A stretch of DNA of 63,980 nt, filler included, from Asterionella formosa (lineage: Eukaryota): the NCBI GenBank assembly GCA_002256025.1. It is 6 parts of 6 records of this genome, joined end to end, with 100 filler letters (N's around TTAATTAATTAA, not from the genome) between each part and the next. Parts side by side here need not be neighbours in the genome. Positions count along the whole stretch, not along the records: positions 10,876 to 21,640 come from NKIB01009173.1; positions 21,741 to 32,479 come from NKIB01009190.1; 4 more parts are not named here. One strand, 5' to 3'. Positions 10,876 to 22,596 of the stretch are shown here, one piece after another. A program made the translations under genes and the position numbers. Under the pieces are notes generated by a model. That model did not search any database and had not been told where the DNA came from. It saw only the letters and a list, made by a program, of their open reading frames with translations. Position 1 is the stretch's first letter. Each line of letters opens with the position of its first letter.

Positions 10876-11437
10876 CCCCCCCTCCTGGTACCATCACCAA
10901 ACTCTATCGGTATCTCTTCTCATCCACTGTTCCTTCACCGATCCTTCCCGTCCCTCTGGAGGTCTGTTTCTCGCTCTTTCCCTGTGGTGCGGTTGTTCAT
11001 TTTCAATCCACTCCTTCCACCTATCCTGTACTTGTTACGGTGGTTGCTATCGACCGTGCCGACCCTGACCAGCTTCTCTATACTGTTCGCCGCTCTGATG
11101 GTGTTCTTATTGACACCGACTCTCGCTGCCTTCATGATATCCCCAATCATCCTGTTGTTTTTGTCGTCAATACGGCCGTTTTATACTCCAAACACTTCTC
11201 AACACCTCTTCCCTGTCTGATCCACACCGCTGATCACCCCAATTACACTCTCCGCACTGCCGATGATCAACTCATTCACACCGTTTTTAAACACATCAGT
11301 ATTGACATGAATCCCCATACATCTGTTCCGCCCTCTTCTTGCCCCCTTCAATTTGATTCCTTCTCGGGTTTCTCACCAGGCACGAAGCAGGTCCTTCTGT
11401 CTGTTGACCATCTCTCCTTTCTGGATCGGCACAGTGT

Positions 11438-11475
<38 letters not shown>

Positions 11476-11476
11476 G

Positions 11477-11547
<71 letters not shown>

Positions 11548-14500
11548 GGGGGAGGNNNNNNNNNNTCTGGCTGTTGCCCATCTCTCCATTCTGGCTCGGC
11601 CCACCCCCACTGCCCCCCCCCCCCTTATTGCCTCCTCCCTCTTCGACGGTGTCCCCTCTTCTATGCAGGATCTCCAATGTCAGCTTGGGGAATTCATGCA
11701 AATCGAACATTTTCATCACACAGGTTTTCTCTCTATTCCTGATGCCTGTGGTGTCCCTCGCGACATTTTCCGTGATTCCAACTCTCTTGTCTTCAGTGAT
11801 TTTGAACGTGCTGAAGCCCGCCTCCTTGCTGACACGACTCCCGCTGGTATTGCTCTAGCAAAACTTTCTACTCTGCTTTTTCTTAAGCTCCAAAATTTGT
11901 GCACTCCGGCTTTCCAGGCACTTCTACGTGGGTCCTACAAACCATTCTACGGCACCTCTTTTCTTCTATATTATGCATACATGCTTGAATACTGCCATCT
12001 CTCGGGCGTTGGTACCGTCATTGATATCGAGATTGCCCGTGACCAACTTAGCCCTGCCAAGCTTGTCCTTGCTTTCCGCACTTATCTTTATGACGTCGTC
12101 AAATTCTTTGCCGCTATTGTACGCCTTGTTGATCAGCTTGCCCGCCTTGGCAGCACTAAAGAAGATTTGTGTGGTGCCGTTTTGTCCGCCTTATCTACAT
12201 GTCCCGACATCGATTTTGTTCGCTTTATCAATGCCCTTCGTCGTGATTTCATTCTCAAGCAAGGCCAGTTTTCTTCCTCCTCCTCGGTAACCACTCAATT
12301 CGATTTTCTTCGCCGTACTACCATTGCTGAATTTTCTCTCCTTTCAAAGGATAATCGCTACAACATTGGCTCCTCTGCCGACGGTTTTGTCCTTGTTGCC
12401 GGTAAACCTCCTCCTTCTCAAGGAGCCACCATCCCCACCCTTTCTACAGCTCCCCAAACCTTTGCCGACAAACTTGAATGGGAATATCAACCCCCTCTCC
12501 CTGGCAAATCCAACAAACGTGCAGTGGAAGGGCGTCCTGTTTATTGGTGCACTTCTCATGCCAAAGAGCCCTAGCTGTCTAACTTTCATCAACACCGGTC
12601 AGTGGGTCCTCCACCACCCAAATCAGTGTCGCCTCAAGAAATCGAAGTCTCCTGCTCCTACAGTTCTCCCAGTTCCTGCTACTGCCCTTGTTGCTGCTAC
12701 CCCTGATGTTCTTGTTGCCGCTCTCCCTTCCGCTGCTGCCGGTGCTCTCAGTTACTCCACCGTTACCACTGGCGAACCACTCCTCATGCGCACCAAGCTC
12801 CGTCAAGTTCTCAAGGGAGGTGACCCTTCTCAAGTTGCCAGTCTTTTTGCTGCATACCAAGATGCTTGTGTCCTCGACGCCCTTACTCCTGGCGATGATC
12901 TCTGATTCTGGGGTCCGGCTGCTCACGTCTATGCTCCGTGTTTTCTGCATGTATTTTGCCACTTATTTTGGATACTTCTTGAATATTCGCACTATTCTGT
13001 TATCATCCTGCCGACCTTGCTTCTTTTCTTTCTCCTCCCTTCCTGCTTTCTTCTCTGCTCTCTCTTTACCATATCCTTATCTTGCCACTGGTGTTCTTTC
13101 TTCCATCATTCTCCGTCATCTTTGTGCCATCTATTTCTACACCTCTTCCTTGGTTGATTCTTTTTGCAGTGCTTCCCGTATCATTCCTGTTAGCTTTGCC
13201 TATCCTGCCACCTACTTGATTTTCTCCCATGTTATGCTTTCTTCCCATTTCATGTTCTTTCTTCGCGGTCAGCCTCCATTGGCAATGGCCACTCTTCCTG
13301 CCCTTCTGCTCTGCCCCTCCCATTTTTTTGTTCCGTCTTCACCTCTGCACGTGTCTTCGCATTTTTTCTTCGTGTTTATCCCATCCTCTACGATACACTC
13401 CGCTTTTTTTCGTGGTTATTCCACCATCCTTTACCTCCTTCTTTCTCTGTTCCGACGTTTCTTCCACCTTTGCCACACCAAGTGTGGTTTATCTCAACGC
13501 CTTTCTCTCTCTACCTCTGTTTTTGCTCAATCTCTCTTAACACTTGCCGCTGTTGCTCCTGATATTCTTCCTTCCACCTTCATCAACTTCGATGTGGATA
13601 CATATGACATTGCATTCGATAATTGCACTTCCTACTGCGTTACCAATGACAAACGGGATTTTCTCTTTAACGACTACATTCCTGCCAATCCTGCCTCCAT
13701 ACCCCTTCATGGTGTTGGTGGTCCATCTACTCCCCTTGCTTTTGGCACTGTCCTTTGGCGCTTTCGCGATGATGATCAACTTCTACACTCGGTTCGCATC
13801 CCCCATGTGGCTTATCTTCCTTCTTGCCCTATCCGCCTCTGTAGTCCTCAAGCTCTCTCTCGCGATGTTTTTGCTGACCTGGATACAAATGGTACCTTCA
13901 TCACAACCTATGGTGCCCACTCTGTTCTTGTCTTCAATCATCACAAGTTTGAGCGTACTATTTTTCATCCACCTCGCTCTGGTATCCCTATTCTTACTTG
14001 TGGCCCTGGATTCACCACTTTTCGTCAATTCTTTGATGGCCCTTTTACTGCTATTTATGGTCCATCCCTGCATTCCATGCCTCGACCATCTCCTACACCT
14101 CCTTCCTCTCCATTCAGTCCCTTACTGGATCCTTCTGGTACATCTACTGATTTGTCACCTCCTTCCAGTCACTCCCTTGTTTCAACACTTGACCATTCTG
14201 TGCATCATTTACCTGCCATTGTTCATCCTGTGGTTCCTTTATCTCCGGCTCAACTTGAATTACTCCGTCTTCATTCTCGCCTTGGTCATATGAACTTTTC
14301 TGTTGTCCAAGCAATGGTGAAATCTGGCCAGATTCGCAGTGCTGTTTGTGACACATCTACTTGTCTCCTCCACAAATGTGCTGCCTGTCTCTATGGTAAA
14401 ATGCGCCGCAAACCTTGGCGCACCAAGCACCCTCCCGGCTCCGTCATTGACAGTCTGATGTCGTTCCCTTTTGTTCTTCCTGCTGGCCCTCTTTGCCCTG

Positions 14501-15497
14501 GCTCTGCTTCCATTGACCATTTTTCTTGTTCTGAACCTGGTCTTGTTGGCCACTCCAAAGGTCTTCTTACATAGCAATCCTTTCGTGGCGGTGCTGTCTT
14601 TATTGATACCGAAAGCATGGTCAGCTATGTTCATCTCCAAACAAGCCTCAATGCAGTCCAAACTCTTGCTGGCAAACATGCCTTTGAACGTGAAATGGCC
14701 AAGTATGGTCGTGCCATTGTCTTGTACCGCTGTGATAATGGAATCTTTGCAGACAATGTTTTCAAGGCTGCCATTGTTGCCTCTGATCAATCTATCAACT
14801 ACTGTGGTGTTGGTGGACACCATCAGAACTCCCTTGCTGAAAATCGCATTGGTGTCTTATGTCTCAATGCTCGTGCTATACTCCTTCATGCCACTCTTTT
14901 ATGGCCTGAAGCAGTGACATCCACACTTTGGCCTTTTGCATTGTGTCTCTCCAACGACCTCTGTAATCTTCAACCTCGGCCTGATGGTCCCTGTTACTTG
15001 CAACGACTCTCTCTCTCCAACATTTTGCCATCTTTTACCCATTATCACCCCTTTGGCTGCCCTGTTGTTGTCCTTGACGACCGCCTGCACTCTTCTGGTG
15101 ATAGTATACCTCGCTGGGAACAACGGTGCTGGGTCAGCGTTTATCTTGGCAGTTCCAAATATCATGCTTCTAGTGTTCCATTAGTTCTCAATCTGGCAAC
15201 TGGTCATGTTACTACCCCCTTTCATGTGGTCTTTGATGATGATTTTTCTCTTGTTGAATCTTTAACTCGTCAGCAAATCCCAAATCATTGGGCTGATCTA
15301 TATGCACATTGCCATGTTTGCCTTGTTACTCCTGCTGAACTCCTTGATCCTACCCTTGGTCCTCAAGCTACTGTCTTTGATTCTACGCAACGTATTGCTT
15401 GGCAACCTATCATTGACATTGGTTCTCGCCATTTCCTTACAAAACCTAATCCTCCCACTACACCACCTGAAAACCTCATTCCTCTCTTCGCTGCTCC

Positions 15498-15605
15498 TCC
15501 CAAGGGAGCTCCCCTTGCTCATTCCGAGGGAGCTTCTCCTGCTCTTTCCAAGGGAGCTCCTCCTGATCTTTCCAAGGGGACTGCTCCTGCTGATCTTTCC
15601 CAGGT
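15498..15605 (+). repeat. ~24-bp degenerate tandem repeats in the integrase-RT linker (S[K/E]GA.P.L)
   Basis: The core 'tcc(a/g)agggagct' recurs; peptide PKGAPLAHSEGASPALSKGAPPDLSKGTAPADLS. Confidence 0.8.
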
Positions 15606-17492
15606 TGATCCTCCTGCTCCTCCTATGCAAGCTCTCTGGCGAGTCCCCGTTGTTCCACCCCTGCTTGCTCCATCAACATCTCGCTACAGCCGCCTTCGTC
15701 AACCATCTCTTCGCCAACAGGACCACATTTCATCCCTCCGCCCTTTTGGTCTTGCTGCATTCCTTTCTTATCCCATCCATTGTGCCTCCCTTGCCTTCAC
15801 TTCTGTTGAACGTATTAATGACAATCTTGACCATACTATCAACTTTCTTCATCCCCTCTCGTTTCTTGTTTCCACTCCCAATTCCGAGTCCCTCACCTTC
15901 AACCAAGCTCTAGCTGAACCTGATGCTATAGACTTTCTGAGTGCTGCCACCATTGAAATACGTGATCATGAATCCCGTGGCCACTGGCTTAAAGTTCCTC
16001 GTACTTCCATGCCAAAACACCATACCCCCATCCCAGCTGTCTGGTCTATGAAGCGCAAAATTCGACCTGATGGCTCCCTTGTCAAACATAAAGCTCGTCT
16101 CTGTGCTGGTGGTCATCGCCAGGTTTTCGAACTCAACTACTGGGATACCTATTTGCCTGTAGTGCAATGGGCCACTGTTCGCCTCCTCCTTATTATTGCT
16201 GCTCTCAAAAATCTACACACCCGCCAAGTGGATTTTGTTTTAGCTTTTCCCCAGGCTGACCTTGATGTCGTTATCTACATGAACCTCCCACAAGGCTTTG
16301 ATGAAGGCCCCATTCCCTCTGTTTTACTTCTCAAAAAGAATCTTTATGGTCTCAAACAGGCAAGCATGACCTGGTTTGATAAACTTTGCTCTGGTCTCAA
16401 AGATCGTGGTTTTCATCAATCCTCAGTTGACTGTTGTTGCTTCATCAAGTCTGACTTCATTTTCTTGGTATTTGTTGATGATTGTCTTCTCTTCTCTCGC
16501 TCGGCCGACTCTGTCTCTTCTCTTATTCTCTCTCTTCAATCTGATTTCATTCTCACCAATGAAGGGGATGTTTCTGACTACCTTGGTATTCATATCTCTA
16601 AACACCCCAATGGCACCATTCACCTTACTCAGCCTGCCTTGATTCAACGTATCCGAAAACTCACCTTACCCCGGTCATTCACAAAGGTCTCCTTCACTCT
16701 GACATTGAAGGTCCTCTTTGCAAACAACTTTGGAATTATCGCTCTGCCATCAGCATCCTCAATTATATTGCCACCAGTACCCGACCTGATATTTCTTTTG
16801 CAGTCCACCAGTGTGCACGTTTTTGCATTGATCCCAAGCTTTCTCATGAACAAGCTGTTAAGCGTATTGCACGCTATTTAGCAGGCACTGCCGATAAAGG
16901 CATGATTTTCTTCCCTGACCTTACTCAGTCACTTCACTGTTTCATTGATGCTGATTTTGCTGGTCTCTGGAATGTCAGTGATGCTCAAGACCCCATGCTC
17001 AAGACCCCATTTCTGTGATGTCTCGCACTGGTTTCGTTATTTGTTATGCTGCGTGTCCTCTCCCTTCAGAGCAAAGTAGCTCTGTCCACTACAGAGGCTG
17101 AATATATTGCGCTCTCTCAATCTCTTCGCGATGTTATTCCTCTCCTCAATCTTATTGCCGACCTTCAACGGGTGTTCTCTTTTACTACAAGTCAGGCCCT
17201 ACTCGCTCTCTTGCTCGTTGTTTGAAAACAATGCCGGTGCTCTCGCTCTTGCTCTTGATCACAAATCTCGACCTCGTACTAAACATATTGGTTTGAAGTA
17301 CCATCACTTCCGTTCGCACGTCAAATCGGGTCTTATCAAGCTTTTTCCTATCTCTACTTTTGATCAATTTGCTGATATCTTTACTAAACCATTACCAGCT
17401 GTTACCTTTGTTTATCTCCGGAAGAAACTTATGGGTTGGTTTTTTTTTTGCTTCTTCTTTCTTCGCCCCTTTTCTGGTTCTTCACGAGGGAG

Positions 17493-17723
17493 TATGAGAT
17501 AATTTTACTAATGACGTCACATGTCATTGGCTTCTATCATCATTCCATGGTTGTATCACACATTCTATTTCGAATTCGATTCTTATTCCTAAACTGCCAT
17601 CAGTTTTGATTTCCCTTTGACTTCGCAAGTCAATATAGCACAGACTAATCAAACTCACTTTTCTAAAACATACTTCCGAATTTTATCTTCTTGATTACCC
17701 TTAGACTATAGTCCAATCTCACA
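17493..17723 (+). repeat. Putative 3' LTR of Copia element 2, preceded by a polypurine tract
   Basis: PPT 'gagggag' (17486-17492) is followed by TATGAGAT...ATCTCACA, an 8-bp terminal inverted repeat with one mismatch (TG changed to TA). Confidence 0.7.
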
Positions 17724-18039
17724 CACTGAGATAGCTATTATCGCAACCGAACGTACTCGTACTACCAGGTACCAGTGAAAAGCTGCCATGATGGTGCTTG
17801 TTTGACTCCTCCGACTAAAGGAGAATTCTATCGAATTGCAGACCCATTTGTTCGATAATGTCATTATGTCAGAGCAGCATTGATTGATCAAGCTGCATAT
17901 GCAACATGTTGTGCTTCAACCTAGATGCGACTTAAAGGGCAATTAATTTTGGCGGTAAAAAGCATGCTAACTTCTTCGCATTGTTTACAGCTAAATTAAT
18001 TTCGTGTCGTTGCTGTAATCATGAAAAAGGAAATGAGCC

Positions 18040-21000
18040 CTCCAGCATCATGGAGCCCTGGTCCTGCTGAAAACTCCTCCCCCAACGCCATGGACTCCAC
18101 TACCCAAATGTTATGTGGTGCCCACAAATTGTCCTCTGAATACATCGAATTTCTCCATACCGAATTTCATGACCTGATTTGACAGGGGTACTGGTTTGTT
18201 CTCCCATGATATGAGGACATCAAACACTGGAAACACCATCGCATTGCTCTGTTAGGGGTCATCCCCCAACACAAATGGCAGCCCCGCACCATCGTGGACT
18301 GCTCGTTTCACAACAACAATTTGGACACAAATACTCTTGCCCTGTTGGAGGCCATGCCATTTTGCCATGGTGCCCTCCGCCGCATTTTCCACCACTTAGT
18401 GGATGCTGACCCATGGTTGTATGGCCCCCTCAATTCATCAAGGTTGACATTGCTGATGGTTTCTACTGTCTACCATGGTTGGCCGCGCAGGACATCCCAA
18501 AACTCGGCATCGCTTTCCCCACCCCTTCAGGAGACCCTTTACTTGTGGCCCATCTACAATGCCAATTATTGGTACAGCCGCCAGAAAAAAACGCTAGTCA
18601 AATATGATCACCCAAATTAATTATTTGGGTGGCCCAATATTATGAATTTGGCTACATACATATGACATCACATAGAAAATATGAGGCATCACATAATATA
18701 TATGATAGGAGTGAACTACATTAGTTTCGAAAACATCCATAATTTATTTTGGAAACTCACATGATTTTTGGGGCAAACTAACAATATTTTTTTTATCCAA
18801 TCAAATAATTTCTTGATCAATGACAACAATTATTATTCGGGGCAATCATCTATAATTTCTATGAATGAACAAAGAAAACTGAAATTTCTATTGATATAAT
18901 GGTATAGTTGTAATAGCTACCAGAACTAAATTTAGATTTTATGCTTAGCTAGTGCATACTATTGGTAGTTTAGAAATTTGCGGAACTGGAGCATGCTGAT
19001 ATGGAAACACATGGTGCAAAGATTGCAGAAATAGAGCATCTCGAAATGGAATCACTCCCAGACTTGCCTGCTTGTGATGGCTTCCTTCTGGCCATCTTTC
19101 TAGTTTCAACTATTAATCCACCACTCTCACTTGAATCACAGCAGCAGCTACTCTATCACTTGCATCTGATCATGGCTGCTGGCTGGTTGTTGACTGATTG
19201 TAACATGAAAATAATCATTCCTGCAAATAGGAGAGTGATAATTCGGTGTGAGTTGCTTGAATAAAAACAGTTGCGATGCGCTTGGAGATTGTTGTTCTTA
19301 CCATATTTTGACTCTGGAATGTCGCAAGGCAGTTTTGTTCCTGAAACACGAGCTAGATTACTTGTGTGAGTGTTTGCAAGGAAAAAACAAAAAGACAATA
19401 GAATCAGGAAACAACTAACAGCATACTACAAAAAGAGCCAACAACAAATCCGTGAAAATTTCCATCATTTTTCATTGAACCTTGAACTTTTGTTTATAAA
19501 AGTCTGTAATATAGAGAAGAGGACGAGGCGTGAGAAGAAGGACAAGCTTAAAGTATGCATCAATTGCATCAAATTTACCATGCAGACTACATAAATGTGG
19601 TTTTCCATATTTTCGGCATGTTTCACAATTTATGTTGCGCAAGAATGATGATGATAGAGTATAGAGTCTATAATTAATTTAAAATGGGCGCAGACAATTG
19701 TGCTCATTTCCTAATACAATGCGCCAAACTAATGTGAAATGAACTCAAAAAAATACTGGCGTGGTCTGCAGTGTTGTACGAGTTTACCATGAGGACCACC
19801 AATTTAACCATCGTTCAACTACCAATAGCAAGAGTTTCATAAATACAATACGTATGGCTAGATTCATGCTCAGGGTGCCCGAGGTATTCTTCTTACTAAG
19901 CGCTACATAGGAGTACTTTAATATTATTTAGCTGAAATGATGCGATTCTTTTGTGTATACAAACCCTACAGTGTACTAGTGTTTGTGATTGGATGAAGCA
20001 TCCTGCATCATGTCGTTGCAGCCTTGAACATGACAAAACTAGCGCAAATCTCGAGAATACGCTTTCCTATTCAGTACCAGTACATATACCAAGCTGGACA
20101 TAAACAATACAATCGTGCGTAAATAATCATTGAAATAACAACAATATCAACAACGAAAATTTAAGTCGTCGATTTCACATTTTTCCGTGATGATCAAGTC
20201 AAAACAAATTTGACGCTTTTACTGTAGCTCTACAAATGAAAAAGACCACTACTACAACAATAGCATGACAAGTTGAAGCCAACGATGTGAAAATAGTTAT
20301 TTATTGAATAAAAATTGTTTGATTGTAGCTACTACCAGCAATTTTTTGATGGTGGACTCAGGCATCAGCACCAACAGATGTGTTGTTCTCTCTTTTGTAG
20401 TTGCTATCAAATAAATATTCTTTGTAAGTGGAAAAAATATTATTTGAATAGAAATCACGGACTTTTCATTTACTTATGAGGTGAAGCCAGCATATTGTGG
20501 CCACAAAGCAACGTAATTTCGCCACTCTACTGTTGCAATGGCTATTTGGTAAAAACTGTTGTTGCAAACACACATACTTATTGGTTTGAGCACATAATTG
20601 TTGGATACGACAAATGAAATAAATTTTGTTTTAGACCATTTAAATTATCGTTTGACCCAAATAAATTCCGAAAAAAGTGCCATAATATTTTAGAAAAAGA
20701 AAAAATACTTCACTTTAGACATAAATTCGAAAAAGTACCGTATACGGCGTCTTAGATGCCTTGCCTTTCTTTAGTTTTACCCATGGGCTGGGTTGACTCC
20801 TCAGCATATTTCGCTGTTTTTCTATAGCCGACACTCGTCCCACCACGCTGATGCCAACCTCGTCCCTGCATCTGCCACCGTCTTTCCCATCATATCTTCA
20901 TCTCGTCCGCCAGCCCCCTTCTTTGGCCACTATGGATGTTTTGTTGAAGACTTCATCGGCCTGGCACAAACATCACGAAATCGCCACTGCGTCTACACAG

Positions 21001-21252
21001 CCATTTTCGACTCTATCGACTCCCTTTTTCGCCCGCCGGCCCCCACCAACTCGGCTCACCGGAAGGATGCCATCTCCTTTCAAAAACTCCTGCAGGGGGA
21101 CGCAAATTGGTCCACCTCCAAAACTATTTTAGGTCGGATTGTCGGCTCCATCGCCAAACCCCTCACATTCTTGCCTCCCCATCGCTTATCAAAGCTCAGC
21201 ATTCCCTTGGAGAGCGTTGTGCACCACCGCAAGCGCATGGCCCTACGAAAAT
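18040..21252 (+). mobile_element. Reverse-transcriptase relic of a DIRS/Ngaro-like (tyrosine-recombinase) retroelement, split by a 2.2-kb insertion
   Basis: Left half (18040-18550): GAHKLS..EFLHTEF..QGYWFVLP..LGVIPQHKWQPRTIVDCSF..ADP..KVDIADGFY..DIPKLGIAFP..PLLVA. Right half (20759-21252) resumes with AFSLVLPMGWVDS..FVEDFIGLAQ..LFRP..ISFQKLLQGDANWSTSKTILG. Confidence 0.75.
18551..20758. mobile_element. Non-autonomous TIR DNA transposon (2208 bp), termini CATCTA...TAGATG, possible 2-bp CC target duplication
   Basis: Left end catctacaatgccaattattggtac compared with the reverse complement of the right end, catctaagacgccgtatacggtac. 'cc' flanks both sides, and removing the element restores RT motif order. 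Confidence 0.75.
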
Positions 21253-21640
21253 CATCTACAACGCCGATTACTGGTACAGCCGCCACAAAAAAAACGCTAG
21301 TCAAATATGATCACCCAAATTAATTATTTGGGTGGCCCAATATGACGAATTTAGCTACGTACATAATTTAAGGGTGTGACATCACAAAAAAATATGATGC
21401 ATCATACAATATATATGGACGGAGTGAACTTAAATAGTTTCGACAACTTCCATAATTATTTTAGAAACCCACATAATTTTTGGGGCCAACTGACAATATT
21501 TTCTGGGGACACGAAGAAAAATTTGTTCAGTAATAATCTCTATAATACGGTACTTTTCTCGACAATTCGCAACATTTCCGTTCACAAATATTCTTCACTC
21601 TGACTACCATTAATTCTGTTAGTTTGCTCCCATTTTATCT
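21253..21640. mobile_element. Left end of a second copy of the same TIR element, cut by the scaffold end
   Basis: catctacaacgccgattactggtacagccgcca..cgctagtcaaatatgatcacccaaattaattatttgggtggcccaatat aligns with 18551-~18790. Confidence 0.85.
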
Positions 21641-21740
21641 NNNNNNNNNNNNNNNNNNNNNNNNNNNNNNNNNNNNNNNNNNNNTTAATTAATTAANNNN
21701 NNNNNNNNNNNNNNNNNNNNNNNNNNNNNNNNNNNNNNNN
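21641..21740. other. Artificial scaffold linker
   Basis: N44-TTAATTAATTAA-N44. Confidence 0.97.
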
Positions 21741-22596
21741 TATGGTGTATGTATTATGTAGGGTTCGCTTCTCGCCAAAGTAGGGTTTGCGCGCCAGAAA
21801 AGTTGTGGCATTGAATCTACTATTATTTATCGGTATGATATCTGGTACATAGGCGAAAGGCACCTATGTGCCACGTAGTACCTGGTACATAGTAGACATG
21901 TGATATGAACCCTGCAACAAAGAATGCATACCGTATGCTGAATGTAAAAATCACTGCAGCCCGTAGACAACGTATTTACAGTAGACTATAGTATACCTAT
22001 CGATAGGGGGTACGGTATACATGGTACCGAAACCACATCAAAAGTGACAATGCGGCTTGCCGTGACGAAGCAAAATTATCACAGTAATGGTGGTGGTACA
22101 TATCTCAGTATGTATAAATAGTTTAAAATTGCACTCTTCATTTTCTTGCTGATGGCAATCCATTCTTATTCCTATTAAAACCTATTATCATCCCATAGGA
22201 GACGACCTCGTTCCAAATCCAAAGGAAGACTCCATTTAATTGCAATAGCCATTGCCATTGCCATTGCGTAATAGAAGGGTACGTGCAAAGCTTGCAGTAA
22301 TGCTTCCATCGTTGCGTGGTCACTGTCACTTTCTATTGCATGATGATGCCGTAGAATTCAGCAACCTCTCATCTCTGTTTCATGGAACGACGTTCGGTCG
22401 ATGTGTACTGCGTATCCATATTGTCGTTCCTGCGAGAGAGTATTGCAATTTACCAGAACGAAACGTTGATTCGACAAGTTGAGCGATTTGCTCAAACTTG
22501 CCGCCAGGCCGCTCTGACCGTGTCTCTGATTTTCATTTCATACGCTGACCCACACCCTACACTTGCACCTCAGAACTACCCAACACTACTGCAACC

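Larger units (their letters stand above)
10876..17723 (+). mobile_element. Ty1/Copia LTR retrotransposon 2 (CoDi-like, strongly C/T-rich sense strand), mildly degenerate, 5' end missing
   Basis: Gag 11663-12905 (WCTSH...WVLHHPNQC knuckle, frameshifted); protease IAFDNCTS (~13615); integrase LHSRLGH..CAAC, IDHF, YRCDNGIF, NSLAENRI with a TAG at 14572; RT KHKARLCAGG, VDFVLAFPQ, LYGLKQA, VFVDDCL; RNase H DADFAG, STTEAEY, RTKHI, ADIFTKPL. A deletion/frameshift lies near 16650 and a 14-bp duplication at 16981-17008. Confidence 0.96.

Noticed and set aside
11439..11565. ~115-nt poly-G run giving poly-Gly/poly-Pro ORFs; possible G-quadruplex
   Set aside because: It runs into an N gap inside a C/T-rich element and is most likely a sequencing or gap-fill artefact.
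6266..17723. One giant or nested LTR element spanning both Copia regions
   Set aside because: The two parts are separated by a linker, have different LTR sequences and opposite base-composition bias; they are two unrelated elements.
18551..21500. Direct repeats at 18551 and 21253 read as LTRs or Ngaro split direct repeats
   Set aside because: They interrupt the RT coding sequence, and the first pairs with an inverted terminus at 20758, which fits two independent TIR insertions.
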